NCBI RefSeq assembly: GCF_965363235.1
Contig: NC_134847.1
Location: 70,038,935-70,102,934 of the forward strand
DNA from: Mytilus galloprovincialis
Lineage: Eukaryota
Direction: 5' to 3'
Length of the DNA: 64,000 nt
Positions 1 to 12,200 of the stretch are shown piece after piece (positions within the stretch are counted from its first letter, which is position 1; the number at the start of each line of letters is the position of its first letter). A program made the position numbers and the translations under genes. The notes beneath the pieces are model-generated. The model did no database searches. It was not told the origin of the DNA and was given only the letters and a program-made list of their open reading frames with translations.

Positions 1-299
1 GCAATATGGTTTCTTATGTGCAAAGAAGCCTACACCAAGCACCACTGTATTGTTATTTGCAAGGGTTTCAGTGCACTATATGATACTATAGTGTCAGCTG
101 TTGCAAATTATATAATTTATCTTTTTACAATGCACAGCTCTATATTTTGACAATGACCCCCAATGCAATCATTTATACGATCCTTCGAACCCCAAAAAAA
201 AAAAACTTGCAATACAGTGAACTCCCAAATACATGTTTGCATGTGGGGTAGATAGTTTAATGATCTTTGATGTACTCGTACCTGATAATTTATTCTTTG

Positions 300-420
300 T
301 AGCTGTCAGGAGACTGATTTAGAAGGGGGCCAGGGGGCATGCAATCCTTTTTTGGGAAATTTGGTGGGCCTGCACTCATGAAAATTTCTGGATCCGCCAC
401 TGGTTGTTGGACCATAATAG
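300..420 (-). repeat. Fragment of the GC-homopolymer MITE-like family, in inverted orientation relative to the copies at 7696-7841 and 51033-51177
   Basis: Carries ...catgaaaatttctggatccgccactg, the reverse complement of the cagtggcggatcc terminus of the full elements. A related inverted fragment lies at 2285-2425. 984-1010 and 2342-2370 form a 26-bp inverted pair (gggaatcactgaagcatgactggag). Confidence 0.4.
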
Positions 421-3400
421 TCCCAGTATGATCAGTGGTGATCAGCAGTCATTATAAAAAAAGAAGATGTGGTATGATTGCCCATGAGACAACTGTCTAC
501 AAGAGACCAAAATGACACAGACATGAACAACTATAGGTCAATGATGATCAAAATCTATACAACATAGTCAGCTATAAAGGCCCTGATATGACATGTAAAA
601 CAATTCAAACCAGAAAACCAACAGCCTTATTTATATAAAAAAATGAATGAAAACAAATATGTAACACATAAACAAACAACAACCACTGAGTTATAGGCTC
701 CTGACTTGGGACAGACACATACATAAATAATGTGGCGTGGTAAACATGTTAGCGGGATTCTGATCCTCCCCCAAACCTTGGACAGTGGTACATGTATAAC
801 AGTACAACATAAGAACGAACTATAAAAATCAGTCAAAAAAGTCTTAACTCATCAGATTGCCCATTGATATATCAAAAGCACTGAAAATTTCATTTGATAT
901 GTCTGATTTCAATTTATTCACATCATCAGGTCTTACACTTAGTATATTTTTTCGTAACAAACATTACTATTTGGTTGATTATCTAGGGAATCACTGAAGC
1001 ATGACTGGAGAAGTCGCCCCTTCCCCCTTATTGTCCCACCTGACCTAAGAATCTGTCCGTTCTTAAACCATTAACGTCATACATGTACAACAATTACTTT
1101 TCCATTGTGGCATCATATATTTTGTATTAAAACATCAAAATTTTACATGGAATATTTGTGATGTACATGTACAGTTTGTAATGGTGGACATATTCATATT
1201 GTAGCAATAAGGTGTATTCAAAGCAAAATAATTAATAACAAATCAACTCAATGGATAGAAGCATACTGTTTAGTCAAATTTTTTTTCACACAGCATCTGC
1301 ATAGAGTGATGAGATATAAATCAGGAGATCAATCACAGGTTTTGGAGGATAGAATTTTCATATTTTACTTATTTGGGTAGATACATGTAACACAACATTT
1401 ATCTCGTCATAATACCTGTACGCTCAGTGTTCTTCATGAAAACTATCACACTGATTTTAAATCATTATAGGAAAGCAAAGTGTATAAGCAAACATTTCAG
1501 GAGGCTGACTGCAATAGTCTGTATATTATCTGAAAAAGCTTATTTCTTGTCAACTTTCTTATTATTTCAAACATTTTAATAGATGTCTCCCAAATTTGGT
1601 GTCTTTCTATAAGCTTTTTTCAAAGTCATTTTCATTTATTTTTCAACCCGGCCCAGAAATATGTGGTTACCTTTAATATAGCTGATTTAGGGAAAGGCGA
1701 CCTGGGTGAAACAAAGGCTATATTTATTGTCAATGCAAACATTTTACCTGTTCAACACCAAATGCTGTCAAGTTTGGGGTCTCTGGCCATGGCTTTTTTT
1801 TAATAATAATAATTCATGTTACATGTACTTGTATATCTCCTTTGAATTTGTTTGCTTATTTGTTCTATGGTCTCTTTATGCATATCTATCTATATACCCC
1901 ATTTTCATGGTCCTACAAAAATGTTTAAAATGTATACATTTTACTTTTTTCTAGCTTCTCTCATGTGATAGCTGTACCTTTTTGGTCACTATTTATGTGT
2001 TGCGTTTAAATAGGAATTGTAACACTTTACAGTGACTGAACAGGTAAAAGAAATACTTCTCAAGAAACAGAAAAAAGAAAACTACTTGGAACAGCACCAG
2101 ACTACATGTATGTATGAATAGAAACTAAGATTGGAATAGCATGGAGGATATTATACGTCCTTGTGAATAAGCAAGGAAAGCTTTTAATAATAGTGCCTAT
2201 TTTTTAATTTACTCTATTTTTCATTCATTATCTGTGCAAATTTCAACATAATATGTCATAAATTCTTATCTAACTATACTCAAACTTTTAGTGGTGGATC
2301 CAGAAATTTTCATAAGCGAGAGCCCACTGACTGCCTAAGAAGGAGCCAACTCCAGTCATGCTTCAGTGATTCCCTATAAAAAAAACAATTTTTTCCTACA
2401 AAAGGGATGGCCCAGGCCCCTGAAAAACCCTCTTAATTCCACCCCTGACTTTAATTTAATATGACAAGTGTTTCATTTACCAAAATTCTGGGGCATTTCT
2501 GTGATAGATATCATGCACAATTTTAAAAATGAGAGGGGAAAGAAGATCCACATGTGGTGTACCTGCACATGACAATTGCAAACTGCCCCATTTTTTCTAT
2601 CACAACCAATCAACTGATCATGCTGAAACTGACATTATCAGATTATCAGAGAGTACACATCAAATGAAAAATCACAAATAACTGATACATATTATCAGAT
2701 ATTATAGAAATAATTATGTTTTAAATTTATTACAAAAAAAATGTGTGCTCAATCTTGTAGATAGATACAACTGGATCTCATATACATGTATGTAAGTACC
2801 AAAGACAACTGTCTATCCAAGTCACAATTTATAAAAGTAAATTATTAAAGGTTGGAGTTTAGTCTTCAACGCAAAGCAGCACTTTTATATATTCAATCAA
2901 TCATGACAATGGCATTTGGATTAAACATGTTCTCGTAGGTAAATAATATTGCCTCAGAATTTTTTCATGAGAGTGTTATAGTCTATAGAGTATTACTTCC
3001 TGTTCGGTGGAATAGTTAAATAGAAGTCAATACGTTCTTGCTCAATCCTATGTCGCTTTGAAGGTGTCATGATTGTCATCCTCAGACTTAGCAATGTGTT
3101 ACTGTAATTTGAATTTCAAAACAACTGAGTGACGTTTTTCGAAGCACTGGTCAACTCTACCATAGCGAATCACATTACTTTGACAATCAGTAAATTCCAG
3201 CCAAAAATATCTTTATAAGTAAAGAATTGTCACATAAATATAAAAAAATAGAGTACACAGGAAATCGCAAAGTTCACATAGTCTAGTATGATTAATCATT
3301 TAAAAAAAAAAATGAGCAAAAAGGGGGGGGGGGGGATGGGGTGTACGCCTTATACATCCCCCTCTGGATCCGCCTCTTCCTTCTGTTGTTGTCCATTTTG

Positions 3401-3954
3401 TCAAGTAGTAATCCTCAAAAGTACTTGTAGGTTATATGCTATTTTTATCAAGTTGATTATAGACACAGAATACATTTTATTATAATATCATTCCCCATTT
3501 CCATTCTCAATTTTATAAAATCTCCTTCCATTATAACACGGGTAGACCAATAATACACCAAAAATGACAAATTAGTAGACAAATTAGTAGAAAAAGCGCA
3601 TGTTTTCATATTGCTTGAAGTGCAATATTCCAATAAAAATAAACTACTCACAAACCACTGATCTCAATATAATCAGCTAAAATACGGCAAGCTTTTTAGA
3701 AAAGCTATTACTTGTTTTTGTTACACAATCATACACATTCAAGTTTTGAAATCGATAGTTGTCATCGTAGAAAAGACAGCTGTTCATATGTGTATGTTAT
3801 CAGAAAATTGATGTGATTCTTATTGTTCTAAAGAAATGTTTGTAAACAAACAGAACGTATAAAAGTAATCGTTAAAACGTCATTGGAATGCGACTGCAAT
3901 ACACATTCTGAGGTCACGCAGGTTCATACAATACTCAGTCCGGCCGTGGGCGGA

Positions 3955-4215
3955 GCTTTGAAGCGATATCTGTATAGTATACAGATACAGCATAGCGATA
4001 TCTGTAGGGCTGTATCTGTATAGTAGAACACCCAATTGCAGGATAAATAGACAATAACTGTTTAGTGTCTTTAAATATCAGCTGTATTTGTACGAGGCTA
4101 GGAAACAAGGTGTATGCGAGCGTTTAGCGAGCAACTACACCTGTTTCGAGCCGAGTACAAATACAGCTGATATTTAAAGACACTAAACAGTTATTGTCTT
4201 TGTCCTGCAATTAAT
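3955..4215. repeat. Compound palindrome with ~58-bp hairpin arms (4035-4093 and 4153-4213), a ~60-nt loop holding a nested 7-bp stem (aggtgta...tacacct), and a smaller palindrome at 3961-4020
   Basis: Arm 1 is aattgcaggataaatagacaataactgtttagtgtctttaaatatcagctgtatttgtac. Arm 2 is its reverse complement with 2-3 differences. Read directly. Confidence 0.7.
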
Positions 4216-4889
4216 TCTGTATTTTATTTGTGTTTTGAAAGACACGAACACACATGTTTTGCATTTATTTTCGATTTGAAATCAATACAGTAACCACCTT
4301 CAGCTGAAGACGGGTTCGCAAAATAAGAATCTCGAATGGTCAACAATAATACATCGCTCAAGGTGAATACTTATCTATTTAACATAACAACAAATTTCAA
4401 CAGTAAAAACAAATAACCAACTTAAAATTGTCCAATTTGAAACTCGCGGCTCGAAAGTGTCAGAAACCTATGTTGTGTCAACTATTTAATCACAATCCAA
4501 ATTCAGAGATGTATCAAGATTAAATGTTGTGTCCATACTTGCCCCAACTGTTCAGGGTTCGACCTCTGCCGTCGTATAAAGCTGCGTCATCCAAGGTTGA
4601 TGAGCCAAATCTGACCGAGGCTATCTGGTTCTAAGCGCGAGTGGCTAGCCTTTGCCCCTTCTGTAGTTAGTTGAAGCAGTTCAACCAGGTTGATAGATAA
4701 TAAACCACTCGTGAAGGTTGGAGCTGTACTTTGGTTGTCAGAGACACATGCCGTAAGGAGCATTTTCATGAAGTTGAGAGTCTATTTTCCAACTCCACCA
4801 CTTGGCTTAACAACTTTTTGGAACCTTTTTTAAAAAAGTGAACAAGGTTAAGTTTTGGTGGTCAAGTCTATATCTCAGATGCTATAAGC

Positions 4890-5364
4890 AATAGGTTTTG
4901 CATATTTGGTGTATGGAAGGATTGTAATTTGAACATGTCCGACTGGCAGGTGTCATTTGACCTTGACCTAAATTTTATGGTTCAGTAGTTATGGGTAAGT
5001 TTATTTGTTTTTGTCTGTTTTCTTATACTGTATGCAGTATGTCTACTATATTTGGCGTATGGAATGATTGTAAGGTGTCCATGTCCAACTGGCAAATGTC
5101 ATCTGAAACCCCCAAATCCCCCATCTGACCCTGACCTCATTTCATGGATTAGTGGTGAAAGCTAAGTTATTGAGTCTTGGTCTTTTGTTTTAATACTATA
5201 TGCAACAGGTCAACTATATTTTGTGTATGGAGAACTTAATAACGTACATGTCAATCTCACAGGTTTTATTTGACCTTGATCTCATTTTCACAGTTCATTC
5301 CTCAGTGTTAAGTTTGTGTTTTGGTTTCTTTTTCTTAAACTATAAGCAATTGGTTAACTATATT
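4890..5364. repeat. ~175-bp tandem repeat (satellite-like), about 2.7 units. Further units lie at 6236-6400 and a diverged unit at 16440-16510.
   Basis: The motif tatatttggtgtatggaa...gtcatttgaccttgacctcattttcatggttcagtggt...gttaagtt recurs with a ~175-bp period. Confidence 0.55.
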
Positions 5365-6235
5365 CGGTCCTACTTAAAAGCGCCTGGGAAAAGAAAAAGC
5401 GCCCGGAGAAGAAAAATTAGCGCTCGGAGAAGAAAATAAGCGCCCGGGAGAAGAAAATAATAATATTTTTAACAATATTTTTTGTCCTTAAAAAATAACT
5501 AATCATTGCTTGTTTTGTCCTTAATGTAAATGGGGATATGTACGATCCTACATCTAAAGTGTGGTTGCACTTTTACATTTTAGATTTCAAAATTGTATGT
5601 AAGTAAGTAAATGGTGAACACTTTTTTATACAGATGCTGAGATAGATTTATTATATCTTTTTATAAAACTAAAACTGTTTCAATTGCTATGGTTATTAGG
5701 GTTTTAATGCTTAGACTTAAATTTAAACCAAACACCTGCTTTTTACCCCCTTGTTTTAACTACGGTACATGTATAGTACTGCTTTTTTTGCTGATTTATT
5801 ATGTGTACCTAATTTAATTAAAATTTATCTGTGAAATTTGAGTTGTCTTATACATTTTTCATTTAGATATCGTTTTTGAAAAACATGTCTTTTGATGTCT
5901 TACATGTTATAAATCTTCCGCATAAACTGATCCATTATTATCAGTCTTTCGAAATAGTATTCATATATTGTTAAAATTGAAATATTCATACTTGTTTTTG
6001 TGCTTTATTACAAATGTCTATTTTCTTAATTTGCAAATTACTTGTCTAAAATAAAAATAAATCATTGTCCACAACTTAACAAAGTTGTCTCATGTCAATA
6101 AAATATCTATATATTTTCCCCGGGCGCTTTTTCCGTTCCCTGGGCGCTATATTTTCTTCCCCGGGCGCTTTTTATGTTCCTAGGGCGCTATATTTTCTTT
6201 CCCGGGCGCTCCCGGGCGCATTTTAGTAGGACCCA
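5365..6235. mobile_element. Non-autonomous TIR element (~870 bp) inserted into a 175-bp satellite monomer. TIR is ggtcctacttaaaagcgcc.ggg, with subterminal 21-bp tandem repeats (agcgcccggagaagaaaat x4 at 5380-5460, reverse-complemented x5 at 6118-6230).
   Basis: 5363-5396 and 6208-6245 are reverse complements of each other. The satellite sequence resumes on both sides (..aactatattcgg | ..ccactatatttg), suggesting a TSD around ctatatt. The ~650-bp interior has no ORF. Confidence 0.5.
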
Positions 6236-7695
6236 CTATATTTGCTGTATGGAATGAATGTAAGCTGTACAAGTCTGCATTGCATTGTTTTTCTAACCTT
6301 CACCTCATTTTCATGGTTCATTGGTCAGTGTTAAGTTTTCTTGGTTATGTCTTTCTTTGAAATTACATGTATATGCATTGTAAGGGGAGGCAATTTATGA
6401 TCGCCGAGCGGAGCGAGGCAAAACATATTTGGACCTATTCCATGCAGAAAAGGATATTTTTTCAGGCCTTTTCCTTGTATGCAATGTACCTCCCAAGAAT
6501 ACACGACTTGTTAATTTTTTGTTACATTTCAATAAATATGCGCCTTGACTATATTAAAAATAGTTATAAACCAGAGTTAGATTACGTGTCCCGGTAGAGT
6601 AAGATTTGTTTTCGCTTTATCCTGCTTTATGACTATTTACAAGATAGTTTTACTTAAGTTTAGGGAAAATTTTGCAAAGACTTAAAATGAAAGCCCCCTG
6701 AATTTGGTCTTTTTTTTTTTTTTGGTTTATCCGGCTTATTATTAGGCTGTCCAAATCGAATTAATTTTGACTTCGTTTCAAAGACACAATTTTCAAATCT
6801 TAAAATGAAAATGCATACTCAATAACTCATAATTTTATCTATCAAGTTCAAATTATTAAAACGTAACAATGTTTGTATACACCAAAGAGTTTTATTCTGG
6901 CTTTGTCAAATGCTAAGGTGATTTTTTTCTGACTGGACGAATCCCATCTTTTTAGCACTTCTATGCATTCAATATCGCCAACATTGTCAATTCTATGTAT
7001 GCAGATGCAATAGTATTTGGTGGGAAAATTTTATGTGTGCAAAGGAGTTGAGTTGGGTCAGATCCAAATATTGAACACACCTGCATGAAATTATGATTAA
7101 CCACCTTTTTTTTAACTAACAACCAGCGCTATAAAAATTATGCATGTCTTGATCTTAACCATTTATTTTTTCTTTTCAGTGTTTTTTTTCTCCATTTTTT
7201 TCCGTGAGCCCGCAATAGGAGGCAACTGCCTTTATGCCTCTATGTAATTTACGGCCCTGGATACTTTAAGAAAAAATGGTTGATTTTACCTGGTTTTGTG
7301 GCTAGCCAAGCCTTTAATGACAATGCCAAATATAAAACTAAAATGATAACATTATGTGACAGGACTACATGTACAGTACAAATAAATGAAAGAACATTCA
7401 GGACAGAGAAATACACAAATAAACAATACAACAATACATTTCGACATGCTAATACTGTTATCAAAAGGTAACATAGTTGCAGATCAGCAGAATTATTTTA
7501 TTTAAAGGATAATTATATTAAAAGAACATTTGCACCAGTGACGCCTCTACAACATATTTTATCCACTGGATCACCAGCAGTATTATTCTTAATTGCCTCC
7601 AGGAGGAGAGTGTAAATAATATACATAATGAACAGAAATTAAACAATTGAACAAAATAGGCAAATTAAATCAGAAATGTCATGATTAGTTGCATA

Positions 7696-7841
7696 CAGTG
7701 GCGGATCCAAGGTGGGGGGGGGGGGGGAGTTCCGGGGGTTGGAACCCCCTTTTTTTTTGGCCGATCAATGCATTTGATCCCCCCCCTTTTCACTCTGTAT
7801 TGGGACCCCCCCCCCTTTTAAAATGGCTGGATCCGCCTCTG
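7696..7841 (+). mobile_element. 146-bp MITE with 13-bp TIRs (cagtggcggatcc / ggatccgcctctg) and internal G12-14 and C7-9 homopolymers
   Basis: Near-identical copy at 51033-51177. The termini are reverse complements with one mismatch. Fragments occur at 300-420, 2285-2425 and 3330-3372. Confidence 0.6.
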
Positions 7842-8564
7842 AAATGAGTAAGTGTCAGTAAAGGATTTTACAGTTATTTTGATTTCGTAGTGAAGTTTTA
7901 AGTTTATGAATAAATTGAACGCATATGGCTTGGAATGTCTCTAATTGGTCAATTTCTAATGGGAACTGGTTCGAATTCGAGGATGGTAAGTTATAACAAT
8001 GTTCTTCATCAGACATGTTTGCTAGGAAGATACTGAAAGTTATTGGATTGCTATGAATAATTTCACACCAAAAGTAACACGTATTTCGTCGAGATAGGAA
8101 CATCTAAGACTACCATAATACATGTGATAGAGTAGTTTCAGATTGTATAATCAGATAATGAATATGAGAATGTTATTTGAAGTAGCACGGCCCTTCTCTG
8201 ATGCAGTCTATAACAACAATCTTTAGATATACATTCACTTATAGAGATCGCAGATTCATCTAGGAATTCCACGGATGAACAGTCAGTAACAACAAAATAT
8301 AGTTTTTTAAAGAAAAATCTATGGAGTAGAATAAGAGCTATAATGATTTTAAGACAAATTTTAGAAGATTTTCAGCCAATTTTTTGTGCTTTTTTTACAA
8401 ATGTTCCCACAGTTTGAAAGAATTCAATCAGTAAAATTTCAAACAATGAATTAGATAAATGCATTATTTTTTCGTTTTTCAGTTGTAGATCATCGGATCA
8501 AAGTTGAAGACAAATTTTACTGAAATCTGCGACATAGCCCATTTACTATTACTTTACTTTTCCA

Positions 8565-8660
8565 TTTTCAATTGGAGCTCCACTGGTGAGTCTTTTGTAG
8601 ACGAAACGGGCTCCTGGCGCAAATATAATATTACAATCCCGGTATCTATGATGAGTTTTT
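8565..8660 (+). ncRNA. Hammerhead-ribozyme-like motif carried by a short dispersed repeat, with a mutated core (CUGGUGA instead of CUGAUGA)
   Basis: ccaCTGGTGAGTCTTTTGTAGACGAAACgggctcctggcgcaaa...tatctatgatgagtt has an intact helix II (GUCU-uuugu-AGAC) and the GAAAC box. It is homologous to the copies at 47858-47960 and 62455-62560. Confidence 0.35.
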
Positions 8661-9087
8661 TTGAAAACGACATGCTGATTTTCGACATTTTTCAAAATTT
8701 CCCGGTTTTTAAACTTAAAAATCAAAACATGACATGATAATAAACATGATACTATTATTGCAACAATATAGAATATCAATAGTAAGCAAAACACCTAATT
8801 TCTAGTATTTTTTTTTCTTTTTTTTTCAGAAATTTATTGAAAATAAGAAACTCGCAAATTTGCGAGACTATAAACAAGGAAGGTATATAATTAAATCAAG
8901 GTTTGAAATTTGTCCTCTCAATGGTTAAAAGCCTATAGCGGGCTTTTCACCGAAAGAGTAGTACTACATATTCCACAGTAAGATGTACATTTATTTAGAA
9001 ATATAATATTGCTCTATTATCTGACGAATTTTTATTTTGTTTTTCAAGATAAACTAACGCGGAAGTATTATTATGATAAATAAAAAG

Positions 9088-9226
9088 TTCTGGACCCAAA
9101 TTTTTTTACAGTGTAATTTCACCCCCCTACTTGCAATTTGAGGCATTAAACATGGAGAAATAAATTTGGAAGTGGTAAAAAAATTAATGGCAAGTAACCC
9201 ACTGTCAACACTAGGGACTATATTCG
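9088..9226 (+). repeat. 139-bp direct repeat flanking the 1289-bp satellite block. The second copy lies at 15992-16130.
   Basis: ttctggacccaaatttttttacagtgtaatttcaccccc..ctagggactatattcg occurs on both sides of the array in the same orientation. Confidence 0.75.
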
Positions 9227-9272
9227 TGGAACAACGAAAATCAAGGGACGACAATTGTGGTCTCGGACCTAA

Positions 9273-12200
9273 TAGGATAGAAAGAGTTGATAAATCTTAT
9301 AACAACTTGGTATGACCAAAGCTTAAGAAATTATAACACTGCTTACAAAGTTTCATGACAATAGGATGTATATTAAAGACAATAAGTTAAGTTCTATACT
9401 CATCTTTGCGTGTAAAATTTTGACGTTAAAATTGAAAAATTTCAACTATCAACATTTGGGGCTTTAAAAATTAAAATATTGCAAAAAAATACTTTTTAAA
9501 TGCCTTAATAAATAACTTATCATGTGCTAAAAGCAATAGAGTACTCATTTGATTCATCAGACTTGGCATAATTATTCAAAAGTCAAATTTATATGAGCCT
9601 GCGCCTAAAAATTGAGGTTTTTCAATGAAGGGGGGCCTTACATGAAGATGTAGTATTTTCCAGCAATTTTAAACTTGTGAAGCTTTTTGGTTATAAATCA
9701 TCCTTACATATGTATTGAAAGTACTTTAAATGGAAAGAAAAGTTACAAATAACATATCATATTAGTTTAAAAGGGTCTTAGGGCAAGTAAGACTGGAAAA
9801 AAATTAGGGTCAATTTAGGCCGTGCACATATTTACATTTAAAAATGCAAATTGAGGCTATAAGAAATAAAAATTTGTGTCTTTTTTATCATTTCTATACT
9901 CATGTGACATGATACAACAAATCTGAGCACAAAAAGACTCTTGCAATTAACTTTTCTTACAAACAGTATGGTCTGATACAAAGATTTTTGCCTTTTTAGG
10001 GAAAAACTTGCATGCAATTTATTCTCAACAGGCTTATATTTAAACCACTTGCTATCCTACAGAAGAAAAGAAAGATATTATGTGAAATGGAACAGGTACA
10101 ATAGACATTTTAAAGTGCTTTTGATACAAATTTAGTGAGGTCTTTATTATGGACTTCAAATTTTATGTACCAAGCTCCCCACTTTTGACTTCATCCAAAC
10201 AGGGCGTTAGACAAGGGTCATTTATACAACACATTTTGCACATATTATCTGAGATAATCTTCTTTTCTGTAGATTCAGAGTTCATAAATAAGTAAAAGAA
10301 CTAGATAAAGGCATAGAAACACAAATATTGACACATGAAAACCTGTCAGATAGAAAGTCAGGATGCCATTTATGCATTAATATTGAAAAAGCTATAAATG
10401 CCTATTTTGAACATAAAATTCCAAAATTGGTCATTTTTGCAGAAATTCTATAAAATAAAAGTTTAAATTCTTTAGTTTCATGCTATTTGACAAATTGAAA
10501 CCATCAAATCATTTAGGGAAGTTGCCAAAGTACAGATTCTATATTTACAGATTTCACATCTTAGGATAGAAAGAGTTGATAAATCTTATAACAACTTGGT
10601 ATGACTAAAGCTTAAGAAATTATAACACTGCTTACAAAGTTTCATGACAATAGGATGTATATTAAAGACAATAAGTTAAGTTCTATACTCATCTTTGCGT
10701 GTAAAATTTTGATGTTAAAATTGAAAAATTTCAACTATCAACATTTGGGGCTTTAAAAATTAAAATATTGCAAAAAAATACTTTTTAAATGCCTTAATAA
10801 ATAACTTATCATGTACTAAAAGCAATAGAGTACTCATTTGATTCATCAGACTTGGCATAATTATTCAAAAGTCAAATTTATATGAGCCTGCGCCTAAAAA
10901 TGGAGGTTTTTCAATGAAGGGGGGCCTTACATGAAGATGTAATATTTTCCAGCAATTTTAAACTTGTGAAGCTTTTTGGTTATAAATCATCCTTACATAT
11001 GTATTGAAAGTACTTTAAATGGAAAGAAAAGTTACAAATAACATATCATATTAGTTTAAAAGGGTCTTAGGCCAGGTAAGACTGGAAAAAAATTAGGGTC
11101 AATTTAGGCCATGCACATATTTACATTTAAAAATGCAAATTAAGGCTATAAGAAATAAAAATTTGTGTCTTTTTTATCATTTCTATACTCATGTGACATG
11201 ATACAACAAATCTGAGCACAAAAAGACTCTTGCAATTAACTTTTCTTACAAACAGTATGGTCTTATACAAAGATTTTTGCCTTTTTAGGGAAAAACTTGC
11301 ATGCAATTTATTCTCAACAGGCTTATATTTAAACCACTTGCTATCCTACAGAAGAAAAGAAAGATATTATGTGAAATGGAACAGGTACAATAGACATTTT
11401 AAAGTGCTTTTGATACAAATTTAGTGAGGTCTTTATTATGGACTTCAAATTTTATGTACCAAGCTCCCCACTTTTGACTTCATCCAAACAGGGCGTTAGA
11501 CAAGGGTCATTTATACAACACATTTTGCACATATTATCTGAGATAATCTTCTTTTCTGTAGATTCAGAGTTCATAAATATAAGTAAAAGAACTAGATAAA
11601 GGCATAGAAACACAAATATTGACACATGAAAACCTGTCAGATAGAAAGTCAGGATGCCATTTATGCATCAATATTGAAAAAGCTATAAATGCCTATTTTG
11701 ACCATAAAATGCCAAAATTGGTCATTTTTGCAGAAATTCTATAAAATAAAAGTTTAAATCCTTTAGTTTCATGCTATTTGACAAATTGAAACCATCAAAT
11801 CATTTAGGGAAGTTGCCAAAGTACAGATTCTATATTTACAGATTTCACCTCTTAGGATAGAAAGAGTTGACAAATCTTATAACAACTTGGTATGACCAAA
11901 GCTTAAGAAATTATAACACTGCTTACAACGTTTCATGACAATAGGATGTATATTAAAGACAATAAGTTAAGTTCTATACTCATCTTTGCGTGTAAAATTT
12001 TGACGTTAAAATTGAAAAATTTCAACTATCAACATTTGGGGCTTTAAAATTCAAAATATTGCAAAAAAATACTTTTTAAATGCCTTAATAAATAACTTAT
12101 CATGTACTAAAAGCAATAGAGTACTCATTTGATTCATCAGACTTGGCATAATTATTCAAAAGTCAAATTTATATGAGCCTACGCCTAAAAATGGAGGTTT

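Noticed and set aside
3288-3485. ORF with a GGGGM poly-Gly translation
   Set aside because: It is the translation of the G13 homopolymer in a MITE fragment.
4540-4780. Relatively GC-rich block with the ORF 4587-4769
   Set aside because: No recognisable domain, no splice context and no repeat match seen. It is left unannotated.
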